DNA of 64,000 bases, from contig CAZHMB010000001.1 of the NCBI GenBank assembly GCA_964533515.1, positions 8,640-72,639 on the forward strand, read 5' to 3'. Position 1 is the stretch's first letter. Every line of letters starts with the position of its first letter. The position numbers and the translations under genes are program-made. The notes under the pieces were generated by a model. That model saw nothing but the letters and a program-made list of their open reading frames with translations, was not told the origin of the DNA and made no database searches. Origin of the DNA: Candidatus Woesearchaeota archaeon (GTDB taxonomy: Archaea; Nanobdellota; Nanobdellia; Pacearchaeales; GW2011-AR1). Shown here piece after piece: positions 62,943-64,000 of the stretch.

Positions 62943-64000
62943 TTATTCCTCTATCTTCTTTATGATATCTGTGAATGCCGGACGAGTTATCAAAACCCCA
63001 ATTGAAATTCCTATTATTGTTGTTATCGCAAAACCTTTTAATAAGCCTGCGCCTGCCCAGATTAAAGGGAGTAGGGCAACTAGTGCTGTGAAATATGCTC
63101 CGAGAATTATTTTGAAGGCCCTTTTTATTTTCTGCTTTATGCTCAGTTGAACCTTAGAATGTGTTTCATCTAAAACAATTATCTGACTATCTATTCCTGT
63201 TCCGATTGTCGCTAAAACTCCCGCAATTGCTGGAAGATCAAAATTAACGTTAAACAGCGAGGAGATTCCAAGGATGATAATTATTTCAGAAATGCTTGTC
63301 AATAATAATGCCAGAACAGATTTGATATTCCTATATCTGAAAAATATTACTAGTGAAATTGCAAACAGTGCTGCAACACCCGCGATTAAGATGCTTCTGA
63401 TGAATTCTTTTCCAAGCGTCGGAGAAATTGTGTCGAGTTTTACTATCTCTAATTTGTAAGGTAAGCTTCCAGTCTTCAAAATTGTTTGCAGATGCTTCAT
63501 ATCTTTTTCGGTATTTGTTATCGCATCCTCTCTCGTCTCCCCTTGACCGGATCCGGAAATTGAAATTTGTGTTGTGACTTGTCCTTTAAGACCCTCGCTG
63601 ATTAATAAGCTATCTAAAAGCGTGCCATCAACATAAAGGTCTAATTTTTCGCTTAGATAATTTCCTTGTTGAGTTCTGTTCACTTCTAATTCAGAAGTTA
63701 TTCTTGCGTGCCTTTCTGCTGCTTGTTGAGTTAAATAAATTGTAAATTGGAAATTACAATAATGTGTTCCGTCTTGAGCTTGATCGCATTCCCTGATTCC
63801 TGCTTGTTGTCCACTTGTTCCAACAGAGGCTATTCCATTATCTGCTCCGCCCACGAAAACAGTTTCGTTCCCTATTTTTGCTTCGAATTTTCCTTGCTGC
63901 CCGATTAAATCTCTTAAATCATCCGGAGTTGTTCCTGCAATTTCTACAAGCATGAAATTTTCTCCAGACAAGTCTGAAACTGGCGCAATGGCCATGTCTG
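62943..64000 (-). CDS. SecD/SecF-family protein-export membrane protein (partial; 5' end beyond the window)
   Basis: ~230-aa periplasmic-type domain followed by TM segments with SecDF signature SILIAGVAALFAISLVIFFRY...LPAIAGVLATIGTGIDSQIIVLDE. No N-terminal TM is visible, so the gene probably continues past position 64000. Confidence 0.55.
   Translation of the reverse strand, partial: DMAIAPVSDLSGENFMLVEIAGTTPDDLRDLIGQQGKFEAKIGNETVFVGGADNGIASVGTSGQQAGIRECDQAQDGTHYCNFQFTIYLTQQAAERHARITSELEVNRTQQGNYLSEKLDLYVDGTLLDSLLISEGLKGQVTTQISISGSGQGETREDAITNTEKDMKHLQTILKTGSLPYKLEIVKLDTISPTLGKEFIRSILIAGVAALFAISLVIFFRYRNIKSVLALLLTSISEIIIILGISSLFNVNFDLPAIAGVLATIGTGIDSQIIVLDETHSKVQLSIKQKIKRAFKIILGAYFTALVALLPLIWAGAGLLKGFAITTIIGISIGVLITRPAFTDIIKKIEE

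Overview
AT-rich (~35% GC) archaeal chromosomal segment with compact genes and widespread lysine-rich low-complexity tails on ribosomal proteins and a few other proteins. tRNAs carry archaeal-type introns. The combination suggests a small-genome DPANN-like archaeon, but the lineage is inferred from composition only. Window layout: (1) 1-13.7 kb, translation and RNA-processing housekeeping: LeuRS, tRNA-splicing endonuclease EndA, S17e, elongator tRNA-Met, HIT-like protein, a 59-aa (AKKK)n basic protein, GlyRS, tRNA-Cys and tRNA-Arg immediately next to RNase Z, and an Sm-like protein. (2) 14.4-28.7 kb, the large archaeal ribosomal-protein cluster: L3, an inserted acidic ORF, L4, L23, L2, S19, L22, S3, L29, aSUI1, S17, L14, an inserted 61-aa ORF, L24, S4e, L5, S14, S8, L6, L32e, L19e, L18, S5, L30, L15, SecY. 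There is no Rpp29 and no adenylate kinase. It is followed by a DUF106/YidC-like insertase candidate, prefoldin alpha and an eIF-2B-like protein. (3) 32-36.4 kb: an AglH-like GlcNAc-1-P transferase and PheRS alpha and beta. (4) 36.5-40.5 kb: three intron-containing tRNAs. One is an aberrant tRNA-Thr-like gene. The others are tRNA-Gln with a 62-nt intron and tRNA-Glu with a 97-nt intron. A PLD-family enzyme and an alpha/beta hydrolase lie between them. (5) 40.5-63 kb, a surface-glycan and N-glycosylation island: endonuclease III, a GT26 WecB/TagA-like enzyme, a GDP-mannose-3,5-epimerase-like enzyme, the oligosaccharyltransferase AglB (WWDYG motif), an ArnE/ArnC/ArnT-like triad (SMR-like 4-TM protein, GT2 polyprenyl-phosphate glycosyltransferase, GT-C PMT/ArnT-like transferase), then a dense cassette-like array of six class-I SAM methyltransferases (three are close paralogs), two paralogous radical-SAM/SPASM-like enzymes, two GT4 enzymes, several GT-A-like proteins, a Wzx-type flippase, plus a methyltransferase C-terminal pseudogene fragment and duplicated intergenic modules. 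(6) A partial SecD/SecF-like gene runs off the 3' window edge. The most unusual region is the methylation- and radical-SAM-rich glycan cluster with the Arn-like triad next to AglB. Next are the aberrant split-looking tRNA-Thr and the uORF-like duplication of the L3 start.
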